Source: Leptospirales bacterium (GTDB lineage Bacteria > Spirochaetota > Leptospiria > Turneriellales > JAOUFE01). From it: DNA of 42,656 nt. The notes under the pieces were generated by a model. The model was given only the letters and a program-made list of their open reading frames with translations. It ran no database searches and was not told the origin of the DNA. Numbering within the stretch: the stretch's first letter is position 1; every line of letters begins with the position of its first letter. Positions 27,942 to 38,792 of the stretch are shown here, piece after piece. The position numbers and the translations under genes are program-made. The stretch lies in contig JBEQLE010000036.1 in NCBI GenBank assembly GCA_040326155.1, positions 1 to 42,656 of the forward strand. Direction: 5' to 3'.

Positions 27942-29420
27942 ATGATCTTCTCAAATATAAAAAATAGAATAAAATATAATAATACCATGTATCTGATCTT
28001 CTTTTTTGCGGGCGCTCTGCCCCTGCTTTCTTCTATCATTATTTTGCAACAAACCGGCAACGATTATGAAAACCAGATTGCGGCGGGGGCCGGACTTGGC
28101 TCAATTTGTGTTTTCATCACCTTCTATTTCATATTCTTTTATTACAAAAATACAAAATATTCCAATTTGATTTCCGCCACAAAAGAAAAGGGTGGTTCCT
28201 TAAATACAGTTGTTTCAGAAATCTCTCTGAAAAGTGTTGGCACAACCAAACCCGTAAAGGCAGACTGGGTACCACGCCAGAGCCGACAAGGTAAACGAGT
28301 ATTAATTGCCAATGATGACGAATTAGAAACAAATATACTAAAAGAAAAAATAAACGATCTGGGTTATTCCACATATTCTGTGAATACAGGAAATGAGGTA
28401 TCGGAAGTACTGAAAGAGGAATCTTCTCGACCCGATATGGTATTGCTTAATACTAAAATGCCGGAGATCTCCGGTTTTGCAATTACAGAGCAACTTCGAA
28501 AAAAATATACTGCTGAAGAGTTACCTGTAATTTTGATTATCTCGAACAACCAACAAAAAGATATAGAGAAATGTTTTTTGCTGGGTGCGAACGATTATAT
28601 AACGAAACCATTTGTGCTTCATGAACTGGAACATCGTGTGAACAACCAGTTTCTATTACAAGCGGCTCAAAAAAACCAGGACCGGGTTTCGAATATCGAT
28701 AATGATTTATTGCTGACGAAAAAACTTAGAAACAACATTATTCCAAAAAATCTTCCGGAAGTAACCGGGTTAAGTCTGTTTTTAACCAAAAAACCACTGG
28801 ATAGCGCGGGCGGGGATTATTACGATTTCCTGCAAAATGAGCCAGATAAACTCGGGGTTCTTCTTTGTGATTTTTCCCGACATGGGATTGCAGCGACTGT
28901 AGTGACTGCCATGTTGAAAATCGCTTTTGAGCAACAAGAGTCTCTTGGCGATTCACCTGCTCACTTAATGACCCAGTTGAATTATGTAATGGCCGATTAC
29001 CTGGGAGCGTTACCGGTAACGGCAACTTATGCATATTTTGATCTGAGTGAAAACTCTCTGTTGTACACGAATGCCGGACACTCCCCGTTGGTAATTTACA
29101 GACAAAAAGAGCGCCGCAGTATTCAATTTAATATGGAAACAAAAGAGCTTGGTTTTAATAGCGAAACCGCTTATGAAGTGAAGAAGATTTCTTTCCATTC
29201 ACAAGATCGTGTTTATATGTATTGCGATGGAATACTGGAATCGAAAAATCTGGATGGTGAAAAATTCGGTTTAGACCGATTTCTGGAACTGGTTAGAGAT
29301 AAAGCAGGAATTGCGGCGAGTAAAGTCGGTGATGAAATTATTCGATCGCTGAAAAAATGGACCGGGAATAAAGAGTGGCCCGGGGATGACATCACCATGC
29401 TTGTTATAGAAATCGATTAA
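27942..29420 (+). CDS. Membrane-anchored pseudo-receiver plus SpoIIE/PP2C phosphatase
   Basis: Two TM; VLIANDDE..PDMVLLNTKMP..GANDYITKPF; GGDYYD, NAGH, YCDG, DDIT. Confidence 0.88.
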   Translation: MIFSNIKNRIKYNNTMYLIFFFAGALPLLSSIIILQQTGNDYENQIAAGAGLGSICVFITFYFIFFYYKNTKYSNLISATKEKGGSLNTVVSEISLKSVGTTKPVKADWVPRQSRQGKRVLIANDDELETNILKEKINDLGYSTYSVNTGNEVSEVLKEESSRPDMVLLNTKMPEISGFAITEQLRKKYTAEELPVILIISNNQQKDIEKCFLLGANDYITKPFVLHELEHRVNNQFLLQAAQKNQDRVSNIDNDLLLTKKLRNNIIPKNLPEVTGLSLFLTKKPLDSAGGDYYDFLQNEPDKLGVLLCDFSRHGIAATVVTAMLKIAFEQQESLGDSPAHLMTQLNYVMADYLGALPVTATYAYFDLSENSLLYTNAGHSPLVIYRQKERRSIQFNMETKELGFNSETAYEVKKISFHSQDRVYMYCDGILESKNLDGEKFGLDRFLELVRDKAGIAASKVGDEIIRSLKKWTGNKEWPGDDITMLVIEID

Positions 29421-29517
29421 ACTCCGTTGGTTAATTTCTTTTTATAAAATATTTAAAATACCTGTTTGAGCTTTTATATAAACTTGACCGGCTTAAAAAC
29501 AAAGTTACTTTGACAAT

Positions 29518-31101
29518 ATGAGTTTTCCTGCCTTGAAATTGAATTTAATACTATCGTATATCGTCTTCGCCATTTTTTTTCTACATTGTGGTGGTAAATT
29601 ATCAGAAGATGAATCTGTGAACAATGTACGAAAAACAGGGCAATTAATAGAGCCTGGACAGGCATTTACCGGAACATATTACAGCGATTCCGGAATTGAT
29701 ATTGACTATGTTTATATAACTACCGATTCACCGAAAATGATTCGAGGTAATCTAAGCGGAGTAAAGGGTATCGACGGCGAAGTTCTTTTTTATAATGAGG
29801 GGCAGAGAAAGCCATTTAAAATTGCCAATGACAATTCCAGTTCTCTGGGAGAAAAATTCGGACCGTTTCGAATTGATTCGCCCGGTGTTGTAATGGCAAT
29901 ACGATCGAGTAAACCAGTGAACGATGCCAGTTATAAGGACAGGCCCTATGAGTTTACCGTTCTTCTTGAGCCGGCGCCTACTTCCATAGAAATCGAACCG
30001 AACGATTCGTTGAACGAAGCAATGGAGATAACCGGTTCCTATGTACGTGGGTATTATAACTCAGTATTTACCAGTCTGCGTAAAATAGAAGAAGATTATT
30101 ATGTTCTGGTTTTAAATGAAAAAAAGAGATACCGATTGTCGGCAAACCTTTCCGGGGTACAGGGAATTGACCCGGTTCTTCGTTTATATTCGCAAGACAA
30201 AGAAAAATTGTTGAAAGTCGATAATGGCGAAACCGGTCACGGAGAAGAAATTTTATCTTACGGCGTTCTTGGTCCCGCAAAAATATATGTCAGCGTCAGC
30301 GCTAAAAATAATGGCGTCTCTGATGCGGAATATTACGAATTGGACGTCGAAGTTTCTGAGTACGACGAAAAATACGAATTTGAGCCAAACGATATTATCG
30401 ATCATGCAACAAAACTTGTTGCCGAAAAAATTTTTGGCGGCTTTGCCTCACCGACAGATATTGATTATTACTGGTTTTACAACAAAACGACTGAAGCCGT
30501 TGCCTTTTCCGTCGAAGTGGTACCCGCTGGTTCCATTGATCTTAATTTAGAACTTTTTATTGGAAAATCTTCACAACCCATAACATATAATGATGGCGGC
30601 GAAGAAGTTCCCGAAGGTATTTCATCGTGGAAACTTGCTCCCGGTGAAACCGCTTATGTACGGGTAGCTGCTGAGAAAGTAAAGCCAGGGGTTACATTGG
30701 AATATACACTTTCTTGGGAAGCAACAAGTTTGGCTCAGGGTTTTGAACTCGAACCAAACAACGAGAAACTTCAGGCCAACCCTATTAAACCAGGCTACTC
30801 CTGGAAAGGGTATATAAACCCCGTCACCGAAACAGACTATTATGTAATCAGAATTCCGAAGCAGGGAAACTATCATATAAAGGTCGATGGGCCGCCGGGT
30901 TGCGCCATATCATTAAGCGTAACGGACAAGAAAGGGTTTAAAACGGACGGAGCCTTAAGTGAACAAAACGAATTAACTATGGATGCCATTCTGGAGCCAG
31001 GTGGGTTTTTTATTGTTTCCTGCGAAGGCGGTAAAAGCGATCCTGATTTAGAACCGGTTTATAGAAGTCCCTATACAATTTATTTTGAACGTAAGCAATA
31101 A
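29518..31101 (+). CDS. Lipoprotein with repeated PPC-like domains
   Basis: FLHC lipobox; EIEPNDS, EFEPND, ELEPNN with D.DYY repeats. Confidence 0.75.
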   Translation: MSFPALKLNLILSYIVFAIFFLHCGGKLSEDESVNNVRKTGQLIEPGQAFTGTYYSDSGIDIDYVYITTDSPKMIRGNLSGVKGIDGEVLFYNEGQRKPFKIANDNSSSLGEKFGPFRIDSPGVVMAIRSSKPVNDASYKDRPYEFTVLLEPAPTSIEIEPNDSLNEAMEITGSYVRGYYNSVFTSLRKIEEDYYVLVLNEKKRYRLSANLSGVQGIDPVLRLYSQDKEKLLKVDNGETGHGEEILSYGVLGPAKIYVSVSAKNNGVSDAEYYELDVEVSEYDEKYEFEPNDIIDHATKLVAEKIFGGFASPTDIDYYWFYNKTTEAVAFSVEVVPAGSIDLNLELFIGKSSQPITYNDGGEEVPEGISSWKLAPGETAYVRVAAEKVKPGVTLEYTLSWEATSLAQGFELEPNNEKLQANPIKPGYSWKGYINPVTETDYYVIRIPKQGNYHIKVDGPPGCAISLSVTDKKGFKTDGALSEQNELTMDAILEPGGFFIVSCEGGKSDPDLEPVYRSPYTIYFERKQ

Positions 31102-31104
31102 GGG

Positions 31105-31566
31105 ATGCAAATGAAAAACCGAACGATTCTATTGCTCATTTTTGCATCTATTTTTTTCTCGTGCAAGACAACGGAAGATGCTGTAGTTGAGCGGCCACTA
31201 AAAAAATTAAAAGAGAATATTCACATCTTAGCGATGGACCGGGGGACGGCAAATCCATCAAAAGATAAAAACATTTATTATAAACTCTTTATTGACAGAG
31301 AGCCGGTTGCAAAAACCACTGCGGGGCTGTTTTTCCATAAGAAAAAAGTATTTTTGAAATTAGAACCAGGCCGGTATCTATTTAAAGCAGAGAGATGGGA
31401 ACTTGATGAGGCAGATAAAGAGATTCCAGAGTATCGAAGATCTAATAATATATGGCAAATGTCCGAAGCGGTTTACATTGATGTCCCGGATAGAGGGGCT
31501 GTAGAAATACAACTCGGATACGATCATTCGGCTCGCAGTTTTTATATTACAACAAACGCTCCGTAA
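31105..31566 (+). CDS. Hypothetical lipoprotein
   Basis: Leader ending IFFSC; 3 nt after upstream gene. Confidence 0.7.
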   Translation: MQMKNRTILLLIFASIFFSCKTTEDAVVERPLKKLKENIHILAMDRGTANPSKDKNIYYKLFIDREPVAKTTAGLFFHKKKVFLKLEPGRYLFKAERWELDEADKEIPEYRRSNNIWQMSEAVYIDVPDRGAVEIQLGYDHSARSFYITTNAP

Positions 31567-31590
31567 TAATTTTCGGATTTCAGGTCTCGA

Positions 31591-33114
31591 TTACGGCCAT
31601 AACAACTCTTTTTCACGAATCATTTTTTTATGCATTCGATCTCGATCAGAATTTATGATAATATTTTGAATGCCGTAAATCAGTGAATTTCGGTCACCCT
31701 CTCCGGTCGCATATTGTTGCAGAAGAGGAAGCATTAAATGTAAAGCTTTTTCGCGTAGAAAATCATTATACTTGTTTTTTTCATCATTTTCATCTGGAAC
31801 GTTTGAGCCATATTCACCAACTTGATCGATGAGTTTCAGGAACTCTTGCACGGCCAAATCGGTATACTTTTCATCTTTTAATGCATAACCACGATTCCAT
31901 AAAATTTTTGCTTTCTGAAATTTTGCATCATAGGACCGATACCCATCCGGTGTATTTTCTATCAAGTAATTCATAATTTCGAGTCTTTTGTTCGAATATA
32001 TTACAACGGCATCTTCTGAACTGGTTATTTTTTTCGAATCTGCTAACGGCTTATATCTTTTATAAATACGTCGCAATGTTTCTACTCGAAGCGTCTGTTT
32101 TTTTTCTGCGGATAATTGTTCGTAAATCTTCCCAAATTCGAACAGGTACTTCCATGCATTTTGTTGTATTTCGTAAATATTTTCAATCGAAAACAAAAGC
32201 TCCGATGCGGTTTTTGTTCCGTTTAATTTCGAAACCTGGAACATGGACTGTTTTAAAAAGTCTTCTTTATTTAAAGCCTCTTCAAAATAGTCAAGCTCCA
32301 TATATGTCTGATCATAACTGAAAGCTTGTAAAATTCTCTGTAAATTATCGTAATAAAGTTCTCTTACCGCAATTGGTAAATCACCTTTATCAGGATGGTA
32401 AGTCATATACTTTTGCAAAAACATTTCCAGTTGTTTATCTTTTGAGTATGGTAAAGTCGCATCAAAATATTTTTCTCTTTGTTCTGCGGAAAATCGTAAA
32501 GGAATACTCGATTTACTTGTCGGATACTTTACCAGATTAATTTCAATACGATCTGTTGGAAGATCTCCTTTTTTCCACTCCTGGTATTTTTCGATAATTT
32601 CATTTCTTTTTTTATAATCTCTTAAAACTTTTCGTGACTTTTTAATTTGTTCAGAAAATGGTTTGTCTATATTCTTTAGAGTAGGAAATACATCTTTTAC
32701 GGTCAAATCGTAATTGTGTCGCTTACGATAAATGTAACTTTTGCCAAATTTGTTTCCACGCCCGATATCTGGAAAAAGATTCTCAAAAGTTTTATTAAAA
32801 CTACCCAGATTATCGGATTTTTCCATTCGGCCAATTAAATCGCCCCATTTTTTCTTATCGATTCCATATTGCTCGTCAAAGGCGAGTCCGCTTTTACCCT
32901 TCTCTTGTTTTTCTTTGCTCTTCTTGTCTTTTGTTTGCTTTTTATTTGATTCAACAGGAGATTCAATCTGAAAAGTTAACTCAGGTTGTTTCGGACTTCC
33001 CTGTTGAGTAAAGTCCAAAATATCAGTGAACAAATAAAGGTAGACAAAGGCAATTGTATGTAGAGCAATCGCAAACAGTAAAAATGAAATAAATTTAATT
33101 CGATTAAAAAACAT
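31591..33114 (-). CDS. Hypothetical membrane-anchored protein
   Basis: N-terminal TM containing ALH (TonB/TolA-like anchor) then Lys-rich linker; start overlaps kdsC stop. Confidence 0.75.
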   Translation of the reverse strand: MFFNRIKFISFLLFAIALHTIAFVYLYLFTDILDFTQQGSPKQPELTFQIESPVESNKKQTKDKKSKEKQEKGKSGLAFDEQYGIDKKKWGDLIGRMEKSDNLGSFNKTFENLFPDIGRGNKFGKSYIYRKRHNYDLTVKDVFPTLKNIDKPFSEQIKKSRKVLRDYKKRNEIIEKYQEWKKGDLPTDRIEINLVKYPTSKSSIPLRFSAEQREKYFDATLPYSKDKQLEMFLQKYMTYHPDKGDLPIAVRELYYDNLQRILQAFSYDQTYMELDYFEEALNKEDFLKQSMFQVSKLNGTKTASELLFSIENIYEIQQNAWKYLFEFGKIYEQLSAEKKQTLRVETLRRIYKRYKPLADSKKITSSEDAVVIYSNKRLEIMNYLIENTPDGYRSYDAKFQKAKILWNRGYALKDEKYTDLAVQEFLKLIDQVGEYGSNVPDENDEKNKYNDFLREKALHLMLPLLQQYATGEGDRNSLIYGIQNIIINSDRDRMHKKMIREKELLWP

Positions 33115-33587
33115 TAGTTTATACCCAGTAAAAGATCGATCATTTCGCGAACACAGCCCAAACCACCAGGAGTGTTACAAACATACTCAACGGACTCTCG
33201 AACATCACGTACTGCGTCTGCCGGGGCGGCAGCGAAGGAAGCTTTATGCATTGGGCCAAGATCGTTTATATCATCGCCAATATAGGCAACCTGATTCCAG
33301 GTGTATTCATTTTTTTCAAGCCATTTGGAAATGTCGGCCACTTTATTTTTAGATCCCATTTTTACTTCGGATACGCCTAATTCGTCCATGCGCTTCAAAA
33401 TAATATTAGACGAGCGAGCCGTAATAACGCAAAACTTTTTTCCCATTTTTTGCCAGTTTTTTATGCCGTGTCCATCTTTCACATGAAAAACCTTCATGGT
33501 TTCTCCATTTTCAGAATAGTACAAACGACCATCTGTCAATGTTCCATCTACATCGCAAAAAATAACTTCAATATTTTGATATTTCAT
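33114..33587 (-). CDS. kdsC: KDO-8-phosphate phosphatase (HAD family)
   Basis: DVDGTLTDG, FHVKDG.GI, ITAR.S, AYIGDDIND, GG.G.VRE. Confidence 0.9.
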   Translation of the reverse strand: MKYQNIEVIFCDVDGTLTDGRLYYSENGETMKVFHVKDGHGIKNWQKMGKKFCVITARSSNIILKRMDELGVSEVKMGSKNKVADISKWLEKNEYTWNQVAYIGDDINDLGPMHKASFAAAPADAVRDVRESVEYVCNTPGGLGCVREMIDLLLGIN

Positions 33588-33588
33588 A

Positions 33589-35379
33589 TTAACGGTAATT
33601 TATATAAGTATCGTTCAGTCGCTGAATTTCTCTGCGCGCTTGGTGGGCAGAAATTCCAAAAGATTCCGCAATTCGATACGCTTCCATCGCCTCGTTTATT
33701 TTGCGTTCTTTCTCTTTTTCTCTCGCCAAGGTAAAGTAAATTTTCTTCAAGTTCATACGATTTCTCACTATGGACAATTCACTGGCCCTTTTCTGCAAAG
33801 TTCGATATTCGTCCAAAGCCGTATAGTAATTTTGTATGTCTTTGCGAACTCTGGTTTTTCCCATTTGCTTCTTTAAACCTAGCAGTTGTGTATATTTTGC
33901 CTGCATCGCGTTGCGTGATTGTGTAATTTCCTTTTCCAGGTTTCTGTGTATTTCGGTAGCTTTTTCGAGCGTTTTAATAAGATTTTCCGTGTCCCAGGTT
34001 CGCTCATAAATAATAATATACAGTGACTGAATTTCATATTGCGATTTCATATTGTTCAACTCATCTAGTTTAAGGCCGGGCAGCTCTTTTTCAATTTCGT
34101 TTAGTAGTTGCTTTGCGCGTAAATAATTTCCGGTATTTTGAACATGAATACGAGCCGTGTTTAAACGCATATAATAATCCGGCGATGGATCTGCGGCAAT
34201 TGCCTTTTCATAATAAAAAACAGCTTCTACATATTTGTTTATACGGTGATAATACCCACCCAGTAAAGAGTAAATTTCGTATATTTCTTCGAAGCTCAGT
34301 TTCTCAGGGGAATTTTTATTATACTCTAAAGCAAGCAATAGTGAATTTATGGCTCGATTCGTATTCCCATTTTTGCCGTATTGTACGCCCAGATGGTACG
34401 GTGTTTTAGCATTGAGTGGATCAAGTTTTGTTGCCAGTGAAAGTAGATTAATATACGAGATGTGTTTGTCTAATGTTCTCCAGCTTTGTTGAGACGTGTA
34501 ATTATAAGAACTGGAGTATTGTTGCCGGTAATTGGCAATTTTATTTTTATCACGAATTTGATTATCGATTGCCTTAAAAATTTTACCGGTTTCAACAAGA
34601 AAATCAGCTGACTCTTTATTGTATTTTTGTGCATATGTTTTAAAATTTTCTAACTGTTTTTCAAAAGCAGATTGAAGCAGGGCTACTTCTTGTTGTTTCG
34701 CTTCAATTTTAACTTTATACGTAAGACTTAATGAACTAACTTCAACCTGCGAGGCCCCTTCGCGTGCAAGTCTGTCTTCTTCTAAATGTTTTTCACTGAT
34801 TAAATCATTGAACTCTTTTATAGCAATATTATATTCTTGTTTTGTTTTTAAAAAATCTTTAGCCTGAGAACGTACCTCCGGAGAGTCGCCAGCCAGTTCC
34901 ATTCTTGTCTCATCAGCCCAGACTTCAGGTGTAAGTTTCAGAGAACGAAAGCGCAGCGCGTTCAGGCTATGGTCCGCCGCCTTTAGATACTCTTTGTTAA
35001 GAGCATACGCTCTTGCCAACATCACATGCGCACGATAAATATTTGAAGCGTCTTTAATATAAAAAGGACTTTGCTTAACCGTAATCAAGGACCGTAACAA
35101 CTGATCTTTTCTTTGAATCGGTTTTTCCATTGTACCCGGAGGAACATTGTCAAGACTGGGAAATACCTCCGTAGTTCCGTTTGCTTCGGCTGTACGGTAA
35201 AATTCCACAAGAATCTTTTCAAGTCGAAGAATCGCCAAAGAAGAATCATTTTGCAGAATTTGTTCTATTTCATCTAACTCCGAGTGTTTTACAAGTATGT
35301 AAGATGTCTCTGGAATAGTTGACGCATGAAAAAAAAAGAGAAGTAGAATGAAAAATATATAACGATTTTTTTGCAACAT
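33589..35379 (-). CDS. Exported TPR/coiled-coil protein
   Basis: Signal peptide; TPR-like PYHLGVQY, YSLLGGYY..YYEKAI. Confidence 0.75.
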   Translation of the reverse strand: MLQKNRYIFFILLLFFFHASTIPETSYILVKHSELDEIEQILQNDSSLAILRLEKILVEFYRTAEANGTTEVFPSLDNVPPGTMEKPIQRKDQLLRSLITVKQSPFYIKDASNIYRAHVMLARAYALNKEYLKAADHSLNALRFRSLKLTPEVWADETRMELAGDSPEVRSQAKDFLKTKQEYNIAIKEFNDLISEKHLEEDRLAREGASQVEVSSLSLTYKVKIEAKQQEVALLQSAFEKQLENFKTYAQKYNKESADFLVETGKIFKAIDNQIRDKNKIANYRQQYSSSYNYTSQQSWRTLDKHISYINLLSLATKLDPLNAKTPYHLGVQYGKNGNTNRAINSLLLALEYNKNSPEKLSFEEIYEIYSLLGGYYHRINKYVEAVFYYEKAIAADPSPDYYMRLNTARIHVQNTGNYLRAKQLLNEIEKELPGLKLDELNNMKSQYEIQSLYIIIYERTWDTENLIKTLEKATEIHRNLEKEITQSRNAMQAKYTQLLGLKKQMGKTRVRKDIQNYYTALDEYRTLQKRASELSIVRNRMNLKKIYFTLAREKEKERKINEAMEAYRIAESFGISAHQARREIQRLNDTYINYR

Positions 35380-35455
35380 TTTTTCCCTATCCCATTGTCG
35401 GCTGAAAACCCGATTTCAGGTATAGAAAAACCGATATTCACCCTGGTAATGTCTA

Positions 35456-36196
35456 TTAATCCGCCAGATTGTCTAAATCAGAACCCGGTTCTGTATCGGG
35501 AGTATTTTCAGCTTTCCCGCCCTTTCCATAGGTTACATAGCCGCCAAGACGTATACCAACACCGATCGTTGTTACATTTTCATCCAATAATGGATCATAG
35601 TAATAGGTAACTTCGGGCATTAAACCGATCTTTTTACCGATATCTAAAGTTACAGCGCCGCCATACATTAATGACGTTATGGTTTGCACACCGCCCATGT
35701 AAAAACCTGAGTATTTGTATATACCATACAGCATTTTCGGGGCGACGGTTAAACTTAACCACGGCGTTAGATCCAACGTAATCAGCAAGCTGGGATTGAT
35801 TTCATAAAATTCAAGTCCGGCATCCATCAGGTTATAAAACCAATAAACACCCTCAACGTCTATGGCCATACTAAGCGGCCCTTTCATAAATTGTATTTTC
35901 AAATCTGCGGCAACCGAGTACGTGGAAATCTTAAGCGCGAAGTCTACTTTCCCGGGTAATATTGGTAGTCTGAGCATAAATTCAGGTTCATAATTATATA
36001 TATCGTCATATGCGCTTGTCGTATACTGTTCAAAAACAGGGTTGTACGAAATTGCCGTGATTATTTGTATCTGTGGTTTTCCACCAGGTGATCGATCTAA
36101 AGCTTTCGCTGTTTTATACGAACTGAAAGAGTGACAATTGACTAGAAATAAAGATAACATTAAAATCGAGAATATTTGTATTTTTTTTATTTTCAT
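35456..36196 (-). CDS. Lipoprotein/outer-membrane beta-barrel-like protein, paralog 2
   Basis: LVNC lipobox; YKTAKAL; alternating beta-strand pattern; GVGIRLGGYV. Confidence 0.7.
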   Translation of the reverse strand: MKIKKIQIFSILMLSLFLVNCHSFSSYKTAKALDRSPGGKPQIQIITAISYNPVFEQYTTSAYDDIYNYEPEFMLRLPILPGKVDFALKISTYSVAADLKIQFMKGPLSMAIDVEGVYWFYNLMDAGLEFYEINPSLLITLDLTPWLSLTVAPKMLYGIYKYSGFYMGGVQTITSLMYGGAVTLDIGKKIGLMPEVTYYYDPLLDENVTTIGVGIRLGGYVTYGKGGKAENTPDTEPGSDLDNLAD

Positions 36197-36358
36197 ATAG
36201 TTTTTCCATTACATATACAACTTACCATGCCTTGGTACGATGTCTACAATAATATGTTGGTTTTTGTAAAAAGTGTCGCCTAACTCCCAGAGGGAATTTG
36301 AACAATTTTCGATTCTGACTGTATATTGACGTTTAGATTTGAATTTAACGGATAACAT

Positions 36359-36408
36359 AATCGGTAAAAACTCCGCCGGTTTTCAGTCCGGCGAAGAGTA
36401 TACCGATT
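36359..36408 (-). terminator. Long imperfect hairpin just downstream of 36427-37077
   Basis: aatcggta..actc.cgccgg-ttttcagt-ccggcg..gagt.taccgatt. Confidence 0.55.
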
Positions 36409-36426
36409 TGTCAACGTGTATTGCGA

Positions 36427-37077
36427 TCAACTACCGGAAACGTAACCGCCTAAGCGAAGACCAACACCAAAGTTGATTGTGCCCTCGCCCGTAGTATTAT
36501 TCAAGAAATAACTAAATTCAGGCATAACACCGACAGCTTTTCCAATATCCAGGGTAAGCGCCCCTCCATAGGATATGGAGGTCACATTTCCTGAGTAACC
36601 GCCAGCGGCAGCCGTTACAATTGTATACAACAATTTGGGAGCCAACGTCAAACTGAAACCAGGAGTTACGTCCATTGTCATTAAAAGCGTGGGCGCTAAC
36701 ACCATATAGGTGACATCAAGACCACTATAGGAAAATGTTGAATAGGTAAAAGCGGCATCGATAGCCATATTGAAATTGCCTCGTAGAAACTGAACTTTGA
36801 GATCAATTTCCGCACCGATGGGGAATAGTTTTACGCCAATATCAACAACATTCGGTACTGCTGCATACCTGTACATGATCTCAGGCAGTACAGGTACACC
36901 CCATAGGGTTCCTGCATCTTCGGAATAATTTCCCATTATAAGAAATGAACCTTGATTGCTACCACCTTCGTTTTGCCCGAGGGCTTTTGCTGTTTTATAA
37001 TTCGTGGAACTGGAACAATTTATTAAAGTCGCTGACAATAATAGGCCAATTAACATTGTAAATATTCGATTTTTCAT
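36427..37077 (-). CDS. Lipoprotein/outer-membrane beta-barrel-like protein, paralog 1
   Basis: LINC lipobox; YKTAKAL; YGGALTLDIGK..G.MPE; GVGLRLGGYV; RBS gaggag. Confidence 0.7.
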   Translation of the reverse strand: MKNRIFTMLIGLLLSATLINCSSSTNYKTAKALGQNEGGSNQGSFLIMGNYSEDAGTLWGVPVLPEIMYRYAAVPNVVDIGVKLFPIGAEIDLKVQFLRGNFNMAIDAAFTYSTFSYSGLDVTYMVLAPTLLMTMDVTPGFSLTLAPKLLYTIVTAAAGGYSGNVTSISYGGALTLDIGKAVGVMPEFSYFLNNTTGEGTINFGVGLRLGGYVSGS

Positions 37078-37253
37078 TAATTTCTCCTCTATGACTCAAT
37101 TTTATATTACACTTTTAACGGTATATTGAAATTGTACAGCAATAAAATACAACTTGCGTTGAATTAAATTATTTTAATAACCATGTAATCGAAATTCTTA
37201 CCTTTTAGGTAAAATTTTATTTACACGGAAACATCTTACCATCTTATAGACAA

Positions 37254-38558
37254 ATGGCAGAAAACAAAACAGTTACAGTTACAGATAATTCCACAGGAAA
37301 ATCTATCGATTTACCCTTGCTTACCGGGACTTCCGGACCGCCCGTTGTAGACGTTTCAACGATTTTTCAAGAACTGGGAATTTTCACTCTTGACCCCGGT
37401 TTTACCTCTACGGCAAGCTGTAGAAGTAATATTACTTTTATAGACGGTAAAAAAGGAATTTTACGATATCGGGGTTACCCCATTGAAGAACTTGCCGAAC
37501 AGAGCAGTTATCTGGAATCTTGTTACCTGCTTCTTTACGGAGAGTTGCCTGACCCTGCGCAGTTCGCAGCGTTTACTTCAAGTATTAAACACCACAGCAT
37601 ATTGCACGAAGGGTTAAAGAGTTTTTACAATGGATTTAGTCGCGACGCCCATCCCATGGCCATTATGGTCGGTATTGTCGGGGCTCTTTCGGCTTTTTAT
37701 CACGATTCGCTTGACATTTTTAACCCCGAACATCGCGAAATTTCGGCGCATCGGTTAATTGCAAAAATGCCCACCATTGCTGCGAATTCTTACAAATATT
37801 CGATCGGGCAACCCTTCGTCTACCCTCGCAATGACCTGGGTTACGCAGAAAACTTTTTACATATGATGTTTTCGGTTCCCGCTGAACCGTATGTGCCAAA
37901 CCCTATAATAGCCAAAGCGCTCGATAAAATATTTATATTGCACGCAGACCACGAACAAAATGCCAGTACATCGACAGTTCGTCTGGCCGGTAGTTCCCAG
38001 GCCAATCCGTTTGCCTGTATCTCTTCGGGAGTCACCGCTTTGTGGGGCCCCGCCCATGGAGGCGCAAACGAAAAAGCAATTCGCATGTTAATGGAGATCG
38101 GTTCCCCCGAAAATATTCCAAAATACATAGCCAAAGCCAAAGACAAAGACGATCCATTTCGCTTAATGGGTTTCGGTCACCGGGTTTATAAAAACTACGA
38201 CCCGCGTGCCAAAATCTTGAAAGAGACTACAGAAGAAGTATTAAAAGAGTTAAATATTATTACACCATTGCTGGAAACGGCTAAAAAACTCGAAGAGGTA
38301 GCATTGAACGATGAATACTTTATTGAGAAGAAACTATACCCCAATGTTGATTTTTATTCGGGAATAATATTAACTGCCATCGGTATTCCTTTGAATATGT
38401 TCACCGTCATATTCGCCCTGGGCAGAAATGCCGGCTGGATATCGCATTGGATGGAGATGATTGCAGAGCCGAAACTGAAAATCGGTCGCCCACGGCAGCT
38501 CTATCTTGGTCCAGACGCAAGAGAGTACGTTGAAATGAACAAACGAACTAAAAGTTAA
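37254..38558 (+). CDS. gltA: Citrate synthase (type II/GltA)
   Basis: [59 protein letters not shown]. Confidence 0.97.
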   Translation: MAENKTVTVTDNSTGKSIDLPLLTGTSGPPVVDVSTIFQELGIFTLDPGFTSTASCRSNITFIDGKKGILRYRGYPIEELAEQSSYLESCYLLLYGELPDPAQFAAFTSSIKHHSILHEGLKSFYNGFSRDAHPMAIMVGIVGALSAFYHDSLDIFNPEHREISAHRLIAKMPTIAANSYKYSIGQPFVYPRNDLGYAENFLHMMFSVPAEPYVPNPIIAKALDKIFILHADHEQNASTSTVRLAGSSQANPFACISSGVTALWGPAHGGANEKAIRMLMEIGSPENIPKYIAKAKDKDDPFRLMGFGHRVYKNYDPRAKILKETTEEVLKELNIITPLLETAKKLEEVALNDEYFIEKKLYPNVDFYSGIILTAIGIPLNMFTVIFALGRNAGWISHWMEMIAEPKLKIGRPRQLYLGPDAREYVEMNKRTKS

Positions 38559-38573
38559 AATTAGAAATTTTTA

Positions 38574-38792
38574 TTATTTTGCGCGGTATGTAATACGACC
38601 GCGTGATAAATCGTATGGTGAGAGTTCAACAGTCACACGATCACCCGGATTAAGTCGGATATAATGTTTACGCATTTTTCCCGAGATATGCCCCAGCACT
38701 TCATGACCACTTTCGAGTTCAACCGTAAACATTGCATTTGGCAATGCCTTCTTGATAACTCCCTCAATACGAATCGCTTCTTCTTTAGACAT
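38574..38792 (-). CDS. infA: Translation initiation factor IF-1
   Basis: [39 protein letters not shown]. Confidence 0.97.
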   Translation of the reverse strand: MSKEEAIRIEGVIKKALPNAMFTVELESGHEVLGHISGKMRKHYIRLNPGDRVTVELSPYDLSRGRITYRAK

